Virus record (IMG/VR): IMGVR_UViG_3300045988_179014
Coordinates: 96,001-160,000 of that record
Length of the DNA: 64,000 bases
Reading direction: 5' to 3' (one strand)
From: a virus
Shown piece by piece: positions 26,920 through 35,941 of the stretch. Positions within the stretch are counted from its first letter, which is position 1. Each line of letters begins with the position of its first letter. The notes beneath the pieces are model-generated. The model ran no database searches, was not told the DNA's origin, and worked only from the letters and a program-made list of their open reading frames with translations. A program made the translations under genes and the position numbers.

Positions 26920-29633
26920 TAAATCATCCTCTCCTCTGCCTCAAATTTTTCTTTACTGTCGCGTAACGCTTGCTCTCGGAATGGGGATTTGAGAATTGCT
27001 TTCGCGGTTTCTTTGGCTTCATTGATTCGGTCAGCATGTTTCGCTAAACTGGCAAAAATCATTTCTGACCTTCCCGATTGTTCGACACTAAATAATTTAC
27101 CTTCTCCACGTGTTGACAAATCAGCTTTGGCAATAGCAAATCCGTCCTCATTTTCTACCAACGCCTGAAGACGCGATTGTGCCGCTTCTGTCGAGCCCAA
27201 AGAAACCAAATAGCAAATGGATGGTTTGTTGCTTCGTCCAACTCTTCCACGAATTTGGTGTAATGATGCACTTCCCAGCCGCTCAGCCGATAAAACCACT
27301 ACTCGTGTTGCATCTGGAATGTCAACACCAACTTCCACCACCAATGAAGAGACCAGAACATCATAATCGTGGTCTCGGAATGCGGCCATTACTTCTTGTT
27401 GTTGTTCAGATTTCATTTGCCCGTGAACCAGACCAATACGTAAACCTGACAGAGACAAACTGGAAAGGTTCTTGAATGTACGTTCCACTGATGCTGCATC
27501 AATTTTATCGGATTCAGACACCAGTGGAGCAATGATGAAAGTTTGGTTTCCTTTATGAGCTTCATTGATGACATCAGTCCAAATCTCATTGGTGGCCTGT
27601 TCCAACACACTCAACGAATCCTCTTGAACCCATTTGGTCACAATAGGTAAACGACCGGGAGGTTTTTCACGTAACTCAATCATATCCACATCACCATAGA
27701 ACACTTGCGCTGTGCTTCGTGGAATAGGGGTTGCTGTTTGCATCATTATGTGAGGTATGGAACCATCTACCCGAGCTGAAAGCATTCGACTTCTTTGTTG
27801 CGCCCCGAATTTCTGCTGCTCATCAATGGCGACAAAACCCAAATTATAGTATTCAATACTTGTCATGGCGGTTGGTGTGCCCACGATAATGTTGGTTTCA
27901 CCACTAGCAATACGAGCCATCATTGCCCGTTTGTCCTTGGCTTTCATTTTTGACTTCACAAAATCCAGTGTGATGTTTCTGGCATCCCGACCCATGGCAT
28001 TCAGCAGTTTCTCAAACCCATGATGAAGCTGGGTGGCCAAAACCTCAGTTGGTGCCACAACAACCGCTTGATAACCTGCATCCACAGCTCGTAACGCGGC
28101 CAGCTGAGCAATAACAGATTTACCTGCTCCAACATCAGCATTCAGTAATGTCATGGATGCATGTGAAGACGCCAAAAAACGATTCATGGTGACAGTAGCA
28201 CGTTTCTGGTCTTTTGTAAGCTGGAAAGGTAGCGCTCTAATACCTCGTGCTTGTAGTTTCTGTTCACCTTCCAACATCGCCAAACCAGGGCGACCGGCGT
28301 TTTTGGTTTTGGCGTCCTGAATCAAAATCTGCATATGCACCAATTCATAAAACGCCAAAGTGTCCAATGCTTCCCTGTGACGTTGCATACTGGAAGGAAA
28401 ATGAAGTTCAGTCAACGCTTCACAGTAATTCATGCGCCCTTCCTGCCGAAGGTAAGCCGGCAGTTTGATGTTACCCAATCGTGAAAGAAGCTCCCGGTTG
28501 GCTGACATGATGAAATAGGTTGTAACACCTTTGGACGGTGATTGTTTGTACACCGGAACAATAGGAAGAACTATAGCTTCATCAGCATGCTCAATAGAAC
28601 TCCCACTGATTTGTGGGGTGTGATTCCACCAAGAGAATTTACCTGTAACCAACACATTGTTACCAATTTTGAATTTGTTGGTTAACCATTTTTGATTGAA
28701 GAAAGTACTTCTAATTGTATGACCTGTATTGGTTTTAACTTTGAAAACCGCTCCACCACGACCAGAAGTAATTTCCCCAACTTCTTCCAATGTGCCTACA
28801 ACAACTGCGGTTTCCCCTTCAATCAAATCTTTGAAATCTTGAGGTTGTGATTTATCAATGTAGCGTTTAGGCAATGAAAAAAGTAAATCATACAAACTGT
28901 CAATTCCCAGACTGCTAAGTTTCTCTTCCAAAGTCTGTTTTGATGTTTTCAAAGCTTTCCAGGATTGATGATTTGCAGACACAATATTGAGTGCACTGAC
29001 AGGAATAGTTTTCAATGATTGTAGTGTTCCATCAAAACCAACAATAGGTTCCCGGTTCAACTGTAATACTTGACGGTCGAATTGGATTTTGGGGAATGGT
29101 GATTCCATGGTTTCAGACATTGCTTCCAAATCCAAAACTCGTGCAATGTCAATTCGATAACCATTTTTTACAGGATAACCATGAACTTTCCTTACCAAAT
29201 CACGATACAACTTAATATTGGGTATTGTGATGTTTACATGTTTCCCATCCTCGGACAATTCAGCACGTGGGACAGGAATCGTGTCAGCAGCCGAAGCCAG
29301 AATTTTGGCATCAGTGGAGTCAATGATGGTTTTATAATTTCTCAAAGCTTGCCGCAAAACATAAGCATTCAGTGGTCCCATACGCATTGCATAATGATTG
29401 GTACCATCTGATGATTCAACCAGTCGTAAACCCAAAAGATTGACGAACAACCCACCACTTAAATCTTGCTGTGAAAACAGATGAATGTCTTGTTCGTCCA
29501 ATGTCAACACAACTTGTTTTCCATACACTTCAGGCAAAAGAGTACTGGTTTGTGTATAGGAGGATGTTTCAGGGGATGGTAGAGATGATTCAGTGGTTAG
29601 CTCCTCATCTGCCCACAAATCTATTTCTGTCAT
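26919..29633 (-). CDS. recG: RecG/Mfd-like superfamily-2 DNA helicase with N-terminal extension
   Basis: Wedge/OB region; helicase motifs DVGAGKS, DEQQKFG, QIRGRVGR. Confidence 0.7.
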   Translation of the reverse strand: MTEIDLWADEELTTESSLPSPETSSYTQTSTLLPEVYGKQVVLTLDEQDIHLFSQQDLSGGLFVNLLGLRLVESSDGTNHYAMRMGPLNAYVLRQALRNYKTIIDSTDAKILASAADTIPVPRAELSEDGKHVNITIPNIKLYRDLVRKVHGYPVKNGYRIDIARVLDLEAMSETMESPFPKIQFDRQVLQLNREPIVGFDGTLQSLKTIPVSALNIVSANHQSWKALKTSKQTLEEKLSSLGIDSLYDLLFSLPKRYIDKSQPQDFKDLIEGETAVVVGTLEEVGEITSGRGGAVFKVKTNTGHTIRSTFFNQKWLTNKFKIGNNVLVTGKFSWWNHTPQISGSSIEHADEAIVLPIVPVYKQSPSKGVTTYFIMSANRELLSRLGNIKLPAYLRQEGRMNYCEALTELHFPSSMQRHREALDTLAFYELVHMQILIQDAKTKNAGRPGLAMLEGEQKLQARGIRALPFQLTKDQKRATVTMNRFLASSHASMTLLNADVGAGKSVIAQLAALRAVDAGYQAVVVAPTEVLATQLHHGFEKLLNAMGRDARNITLDFVKSKMKAKDKRAMMARIASGETNIIVGTPTAMTSIEYYNLGFVAIDEQQKFGAQQRSRMLSARVDGSIPHIMMQTATPIPRSTAQVFYGDVDMIELREKPPGRLPIVTKWVQEDSLSVLEQATNEIWTDVINEAHKGNQTFIIAPLVSESDKIDAASVERTFKNLSSLSLSGLRIGLVHGQMKSEQQQEVMAAFRDHDYDVLVSSLVVEVGVDIPDATRVVVLSAERLGSASLHQIRGRVGRSNKPSICYLVSLGSTEAAQSRLQALVENEDGFAIAKADLSTRGEGKLFSVEQSGRSEMIFASLAKHADRINEAKETAKAILKSPFREQALRDSKEKFEAEERMI

Positions 29634-29652
29634 GTTTTGCTTTCATTGAATC

Positions 29653-30492
29653 TTATTCGCCTTGCGCAGCTTTCAGCACATTCTGGGTTGCCACAATGTA
29701 TTCAATAATCTGTTTGTCCAACCCATTGATGCTTTCCTCCAGCTCTTTTGCATATGTCAGCTGGTCAGCATTATCTGTGAAGTTCTTACCCGTCAAAGCT
29801 GTAACCAGATTACCAAGACTGCGAAGTACATCATTTGATAGACGAAGAATGTAGAAGACTCGTTCCACTCGCTCTCTTTCACTGGCGGAATCACGTAATG
29901 CTTCCATGGTTTTACCGAGCATGGGGTCAGCATTTAATGCACGTACCACCACTTTGGCTTCATCATCAACGTTCTCAACATCTATGAACTGGATAACCAT
30001 ACTGCGTACAGTCTGACTTAAACCACGATAAGTGTCCAAAACATTGATAATGCGTTGAGTCTCGTTGATGAAATGTGTTTCGGTTTTCATGGTCAGTTTA
30101 CGCTCAACAGGAGATTCATGTGAAGTAGTATGAGGTTTTTCACTTACCATGTTAGGTTCGGAATTGTCATAAGTGGTTTGATTATGTGCAACTGGCTCAT
30201 TGGTAGTGTTCACTGTCTCAACACTTGTAGACATGACCGTGGTGGTTGTAGTATCTGTAACCTGAGAATCTGATGTGTAGGTAGTATTGTCATCAAAGAA
30301 ATGTGCTGTATCTTCTTCCCCATCAGTGTCCGCTCCCATATTGGCCACTGTCAGCAATTCATCCAAACTGTTGCCATCATCAATTGCGAAACCTGAGCCT
30401 TCATTCTCAATGCCAAAATCGTCATTGTCAGTCATAGAAGCTATTCTCCGTTCAGTAATCATCAACCGAAATCGTTTTAGTGCTCTTGTCAA
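29653..30492 (-). CDS. hypothetical protein (acidic N-terminus)
   Basis: 279-aa ORF. Confidence 0.4.
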   Translation of the reverse strand: MTRALKRFRLMITERRIASMTDNDDFGIENEGSGFAIDDGNSLDELLTVANMGADTDGEEDTAHFFDDNTTYTSDSQVTDTTTTTVMSTSVETVNTTNEPVAHNQTTYDNSEPNMVSEKPHTTSHESPVERKLTMKTETHFINETQRIINVLDTYRGLSQTVRSMVIQFIDVENVDDEAKVVVRALNADPMLGKTMEALRDSASERERVERVFYILRLSNDVLRSLGNLVTALTGKNFTDNADQLTYAKELEESINGLDKQIIEYIVATQNVLKAAQGE

Positions 30493-32467
30493 AACTTAAA
30501 ACGATTTCTTTGTTTTTGTTGTCAGAATGGTTACGTTTGACCATACTGTGAGCAACAGGATTGGACACATGTTTTAACACCACTCGCTGAATCTCGCGAG
30601 CACCATATTTGGATACATCAGATTTAGCTAGCAGTTCTTGAAGAATATCATCGCTAATAGTTGCAAGAGAGTATCCATTTGTCGCCATTCTTTCCGCAAG
30701 TATTCCAATTTCTTTCATTACAATTTTACGGGCGGTATCTGTAGAAAGTTCATTAAAAATGACAATCTCATCCAAACGGTTAATCAGTTCAGGACGAAAT
30801 TCAGCTTCTACTGCTTTCATGACAATATTTTTTGCATTTTTCTGTCGCTGAGTGTAAGCCTCATTATCAGTTGAGAAATTAAAACCTGTAGATGGTTTCA
30901 TCAAATCTGTGGCGCCTAGATTACTGGTCATGATAATGATGCATTGTGTGAAATCAACTGTTTGTCCCATACCATCAGTCATACGTCCAGCATCAAGAAT
31001 TTGTAGGAAACTGTCCCAAATTTTTGGATGTGCTTTTTCGATTTCATCCAGCAATACAACAGATTTGGGGTTTTCACGTACAGCATTTGTTAGCACCCCA
31101 CCTTGTTCAAATCCTGTGTATCCAGGAGGTGCGCCCAAAAGTTTCGCGGCCTCATGGGATTGACTGTATTCCGACATATCAATACGGACAACATGGAAAG
31201 GTTCTTCAGCAATATTTTCAGCAAGTGTCAATGCCATCTTTGTTTTCCCCACACCTGTTGGACCCAAAAACAGTAATGACCTCAGAGGTTTTTGAGAATC
31301 ATTCAACCCGGCTGCTGGCACTACCAAGCCATTAATCAAGGATTGTACAGCAGAATCCTGACCCATAACCTCATTTGTCAATATTTGTTGAAGTTTGGAC
31401 ATGTCATTGAAAACAATTGGCGTTTTTTCGTGATTATCGTTTTTGTCACTACCAGCATTCACACTCTGTCCTAAAGCGGCCAATAGATTTGAAGGAAGTG
31501 CGATACCAATACTCTCACCTTCTGGTCCACGCAACATGACTGCCGATAAGCTTTCATCTTCTGCAACACCTGGAATATAAGAGACCAACTCATCTTGAAG
31601 CTCATTGAATACATTGCCAATAATACGACTAACAACAACTTCATTGTTGCGATTACGGTATTCTGGTGATTCTGACAATGCCAATATGCCACCTAAACGA
31701 CGAATAGCCATCATCCATGCCCCAATAGGAGGATAAATAAGCCCTTTTCGGCCTTCTTCACGGCTAACCAATTCCGGGGTTTGTCTGATAGCATAAGAAA
31801 CAAACCTTGTAATCAATTTTTTGGTGACATCAATGTTGAATGTTTCTTGTATTTGTTTGTTGAGTGCAAGGTGTAAAAGATTTACGAGTTCTGTACGTTT
31901 CAAAGACAATTCTACAGTGTCAGTAAAACTCCAACTTGACCAAATCTTTGTAATACCTTGTTGTTCCAGTTGGTGGATTCCCATGAAATTATTGTGATTC
32001 GTTTCCATGATGATATGCGATTTATGAGGGAACCCAAACAGTTTTGCCGCTACTATTGGTTCTTCTGTAATGAAGCAAATGTCTCGTTCTTGGCATTGTA
32101 AAGTTTCTGTAACCGCATTGATGTAGGTGGAGTAGCGACGCGGGAAACTCATGATTTGTTCAAGCGTATCCGAACTAATACGCACAAAATGCATCTTATT
32201 GCGATTCAGCTTTTTCAAGTATCTGTCAATGTTGCTAATCAGAAGATTGATGAGAAACGTTTTGCCACTCTGAGGGGTTCCAACCACAGCAATATGTCCT
32301 TGACTGGGGTCCAACAACTCACTCACTAGGCTGTCCAGTTCATTTTTGTAAACTTGTGGAAGCTGCTCGTACACAACAGATTGACGTGAAGTATCGTTAT
32401 TGACCAAATCAATTTCGAGTACTGTTGTGGGATTCAAAATGTTATGTTGTAGATTTGTGGTTAGCAT
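30452..32467 (-). CDS. ClpA/ClpB-like two-domain AAA+ ATPase
   Basis: D1 Walker A VVGTPQSGKT; D2 FLGPTGVGKT ... VVLLDEIEKAHP ... sensor region. Confidence 0.65.
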   Translation of the reverse strand: MLTTNLQHNILNPTTVLEIDLVNNDTSRQSVVYEQLPQVYKNELDSLVSELLDPSQGHIAVVGTPQSGKTFLINLLISNIDRYLKKLNRNKMHFVRISSDTLEQIMSFPRRYSTYINAVTETLQCQERDICFITEEPIVAAKLFGFPHKSHIIMETNHNNFMGIHQLEQQGITKIWSSWSFTDTVELSLKRTELVNLLHLALNKQIQETFNIDVTKKLITRFVSYAIRQTPELVSREEGRKGLIYPPIGAWMMAIRRLGGILALSESPEYRNRNNEVVVSRIIGNVFNELQDELVSYIPGVAEDESLSAVMLRGPEGESIGIALPSNLLAALGQSVNAGSDKNDNHEKTPIVFNDMSKLQQILTNEVMGQDSAVQSLINGLVVPAAGLNDSQKPLRSLLFLGPTGVGKTKMALTLAENIAEEPFHVVRIDMSEYSQSHEAAKLLGAPPGYTGFEQGGVLTNAVRENPKSVVLLDEIEKAHPKIWDSFLQILDAGRMTDGMGQTVDFTQCIIIMTSNLGATDLMKPSTGFNFSTDNEAYTQRQKNAKNIVMKAVEAEFRPELINRLDEIVIFNELSTDTARKIVMKEIGILAERMATNGYSLATISDDILQELLAKSDVSKYGAREIQRVVLKHVSNPVAHSMVKRNHSDNKNKEIVLSFDKSTKTISVDDY

Positions 32468-32557
32468 GAGCCTCTTCCTAAGATACCAGTAAGGGACAGG
32501 ATTATTCTACCAATCCTGTCCCCAGCCAAAATATTACTATTGTTGTTTACAATTATC

Positions 32558-33442
32558 TTATTCTGCACGCAATTCCAATAGTGTGCTAAAACGATTTAGG
32601 AAAGCTAGTGCCTCATTTGTTTGGTCCAACATTTCTTTGACACGAGAATCTGGAATAACATTTACAAAATCATCAGGTTCAGGAAGTGAATTAAGACCGA
32701 CCAGCGCATTGACCAGATTGTAAATATTCATGGAATCGGTTGGGCTCATTCCGCCGTCCCCATCAACTTGTACTTCAAGGAATTCGTCATCCGCAGAAGA
32801 TGTCATCTTGTCTGGCATATCAGCTTCCAGAAGAGCATCAGCGGCAGCTTCAAGCCCTTTCTGGTATCCTTCTTGTTCAGCTTCAACAAGTTTCTTCTCT
32901 TTTTCAGCAACAACCTTGTCATCTGCCTTTTTCTGGGCACGTTGTTCCTCAATGATACGTTCAATAGCATCAGAAGCTTCATCTGGTGGCAAATCTTTTG
33001 TTTCTTCACGAATCTGCTCAGTAATACGTGGAAGTTCGCGTTTGATGTCTCTTGCCTGAGCTTCTGTCAATTTAACGGTGGTACCTTCAGGTGACACTTC
33101 TTCAATCATGGTTATTGCTTTTGACAAATCCAATAATTGATAGCTACGAGCAGGAGAAATCTCGAACTCTTCAGTGACATAGGAAGCCCATGTATCATAC
33201 CCCAGTGCCTTGTACGCTTTACCTTCATGCGCTTGTGCCAGAAGAATGTATGTGGCTGTGGCAGCAGACCGAATTGCCTCAGTTAACTCCCGAGCCTCGG
33301 TTTCAGACATGGCACTTTCAGTCTCAAGAATTTCATCCAACTCCATTGAATAGTCCAAACCATCTGAACCATTATCCTCATCTTCAAATAATTGCTCATC
33401 CCCATCAATGAGGTCATCAATACTATCAAGAATGTCAGACAT
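32558..33442 (-). CDS. hypothetical highly acidic protein
   Basis: 294-aa, Asp/Glu-rich ORF. Confidence 0.4.
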   Translation of the reverse strand: MSDILDSIDDLIDGDEQLFEDEDNGSDGLDYSMELDEILETESAMSETEARELTEAIRSAATATYILLAQAHEGKAYKALGYDTWASYVTEEFEISPARSYQLLDLSKAITMIEEVSPEGTTVKLTEAQARDIKRELPRITEQIREETKDLPPDEASDAIERIIEEQRAQKKADDKVVAEKEKKLVEAEQEGYQKGLEAAADALLEADMPDKMTSSADDEFLEVQVDGDGGMSPTDSMNIYNLVNALVGLNSLPEPDDFVNVIPDSRVKEMLDQTNEALAFLNRFSTLLELRAE

Positions 33443-33493
33443 AAAACGCCTTCCTACAAGTTTTAAGCACGAATATCAATCAAATTGTAAACA

Positions 33494-34177
33494 TTAATAA
33501 AGAATTGTGTTGAAAAGCAAAACAGCCAAGAGAAAAGGGGCAATAATAATTGGTACCAAAGGTTGTGAAATCTTCTCAGTAAACAGTTTTTTTACTGACC
33601 GTTTCCGAACTGCTAAACCAATTCCCCAGAGTAATAATAATACGATTAGGAAAATCAGCCCCCATTTGAAACCTGAAAACCCGAGAATTGGGAAACCAGC
33701 CGCTACCACCAATTGTATTGCCCGACCATCAGATGCACCAATGTTCGGTAAAAATATGGCAACTGTAGCGCAAGCAAACCACAACAGGTAAACAGTTAGT
33801 GTTGTTTGATTCGTATGCAATCGAAGAAAGACCAAGCCTGCGATAAAAGCTAACACAGTGGAAAATCGAAGAATCCGTCTATCTGCTTTACGATGAATGA
33901 AATCAGTGAAAATGGTTTGACCCAATACGGTAGTCATCAAACCAGTTCCCAGAATGCATACAAAAACATACATTGGGGATTCATGAAGAACCACTAATCC
34001 CACTAAGGTCGACAACAGCCATGAAATTCCCCAAGAAGTTAGATTGATAGCCCTCCAGTGCGGTTTTAACGGACTATCAGACAACCAGGCAGGCGGAGAG
34101 AGCAATGAGAGCATTACAAGACACAGAGGGGCAAATAAAGCCAACCACGGCCAATAATCGAGCAGGTCAATCATCAC
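33494..34177 (-). CDS. polytopic membrane protein
   Basis: About six hydrophobic helices. Confidence 0.45.
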   Translation of the reverse strand: MMIDLLDYWPWLALFAPLCLVMLSLLSPPAWLSDSPLKPHWRAINLTSWGISWLLSTLVGLVVLHESPMYVFVCILGTGLMTTVLGQTIFTDFIHRKADRRILRFSTVLAFIAGLVFLRLHTNQTTLTVYLLWFACATVAIFLPNIGASDGRAIQLVVAAGFPILGFSGFKWGLIFLIVLLLLWGIGLAVRKRSVKKLFTEKISQPLVPIIIAPFLLAVLLFNTILY

Positions 34178-34180
34178 ACA

Positions 34181-35386
34181 TCAATTCATTTGACTCAGAG
34201 CAACCATAATGAATACATTGCTCACATTGTTACCATTTTCCGTCACTGGCTCAAAAATGAAAGCAGTGGAGTCAGTTCCCCATTTGAGACGAACATCTGT
34301 AGTTGCTACTGGATGGAAAGCTGAATTAATTACTGTACGGGAGAATTTGGCTGTATAAGGTTCATCAGATTCGTAGTTCAAACCCTCAAGCTCAACAGTC
34401 AATGTGTTTGAACCGTTGGCATCACTGACACTCAACCCGTCCTTATCCACTGTCAGGTAAACTGCATATTCTGCTGGAGACAGGTCCGAAATGACTTTAA
34501 TGGCATTTTTGAGAGCTGTTGTGTTTACTGTAATGTCATATTCCACACCTGATTCCACTGCTTTCCTCATTTTGTCAGCATGAGTAAAAGCTGTGGTATT
34601 TGTCAAAGCAAACAATGCCAAACGCCCGTCAGGGAATGAATAGCCAAAACGTAAAGCCCCACGGTGTGTTTTCTCCCCCACCAAAGTGATAGAAGTGTTC
34701 AGCCCTTTAGTAGGAGGAACAACAGTAGCACTGGCACTTGGTAACAAGATGTGTTCAGTTGTGAAAGATTCCACCAATGTATCATCATCGTCAACATTCG
34801 CTGGACTGAAATCAAGAGAAATCTGGGCCAAAGCGTAACGGTCAGTAGCAAACAACGTTAGTTTGTTGTTTGCAGAATCAAGTCCTAAATCAACTGACCC
34901 CAAGAATGATGTGGCGCCAGAATTTTTAGCATCACATAGTTTCGCGATACGCCCCAATGAATCAAAAAATTCTGTATCATCAACTTCACCCAACTCAACC
35001 AATTCAGGAACTTTGGAAACACGAAAATCCAGTAATGGAACAGTAAATTTTCCCAAATTGGTTTTCATAATTAAAACAGTGTCAGATGTTTTAGTAACAG
35101 TTACATCACCATCAGATTTGACCAGCGCATTGGCGAGACTTTTGAGATAAGTCCCTTCCAACGCCAAATCCACTTGTGTCACTCCATCAGTAGATAAATC
35201 AATCGTTGAAACATTGAATTCTGCTTTCATATAAGAATTACTATTCTCATGAGCAAAATACCCGCTACCTTGTTCATTCACTGATAACACAACATGTGAA
35301 CGACTGTTTTTCGTATCGTAATTCTTGGTAGCCCATAAAATGGCTGTTACCAGGTTTTTGACATTGGCCACAAACTTCATCAACAT
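34181..35386 (-). CDS. dnaN: DNA polymerase III beta sliding clamp (DnaN)-like
   Basis: Clamp-length ORF with the characteristic ..FATDRYALAQ.. motif (compare ATDGHRLA). Confidence 0.55.
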   Translation of the reverse strand: MLMKFVANVKNLVTAILWATKNYDTKNSRSHVVLSVNEQGSGYFAHENSNSYMKAEFNVSTIDLSTDGVTQVDLALEGTYLKSLANALVKSDGDVTVTKTSDTVLIMKTNLGKFTVPLLDFRVSKVPELVELGEVDDTEFFDSLGRIAKLCDAKNSGATSFLGSVDLGLDSANNKLTLFATDRYALAQISLDFSPANVDDDDTLVESFTTEHILLPSASATVVPPTKGLNTSITLVGEKTHRGALRFGYSFPDGRLALFALTNTTAFTHADKMRKAVESGVEYDITVNTTALKNAIKVISDLSPAEYAVYLTVDKDGLSVSDANGSNTLTVELEGLNYESDEPYTAKFSRTVINSAFHPVATTDVRLKWGTDSTAFIFEPVTENGNNVSNVFIMVALSQMN

Positions 35387-35403
35387 ATCCTTTACACATA
35401 TTT

Positions 35404-35847
35404 TTAAAACTGGATGGATTCCACATCAGTTGAGTCCACAAGACCATCAGTGAACTCATCAACACTGGAATCTGAGCTACATGAAGAATTACAATCTGAA
35501 CCAACCAACTCTATATCTCCAACAATGGAAATAGTCTCAGGTGTTTTGTTGTCAATTGTTTCCACAGAACCAGCTTTGGATGAATTGGTTTTGCGTTTAC
35601 GAGCTACAGACGACTTTTTCGTATCTGATTTCTGGTCATGATTATCTTCATCTGAAACTGTATTGGTTTTATCCAAAGCTGCCAACATTTCAGATTCCAA
35701 AGTACTTAATTGATGGATTTCATCTCGGATGTCCTGCAATGCTTGTTCCAACGCTTTTCGACGTAAAATCATCTGTTGCTGGGCCTGATGATATGCTTCC
35801 AGTGCTTCACCACCAGATTCTATTCTGTCATTCTTTGTAAAAGCCAT
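35404..35847 (-). CDS. hypothetical coiled-coil protein
   Basis: 147-aa ORF. Confidence 0.4.
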   Translation of the reverse strand: MAFTKNDRIESGGEALEAYHQAQQQMILRRKALEQALQDIRDEIHQLSTLESEMLAALDKTNTVSDEDNHDQKSDTKKSSVARKRKTNSSKAGSVETIDNKTPETISIVGDIELVGSDCNSSCSSDSSVDEFTDGLVDSTDVESIQF

Positions 35848-35894
35848 ATGCTAAAAACCCTCCAAGAAACTAAGGTATTCCACATTCTACCGAA

Positions 35895-35923
35895 ATAGGG
35901 GCCAAGTTTCGCTCAGCCCCTAT
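35895..35923 (-). terminator. hairpin after the PBP gene (ataggggc ... gcccctat)
   Basis: 8-bp perfect stem, followed on the minus strand by UUUCGG. Confidence 0.45.
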
Positions 35924-35941
35924 CACGGATTATATGGATTG

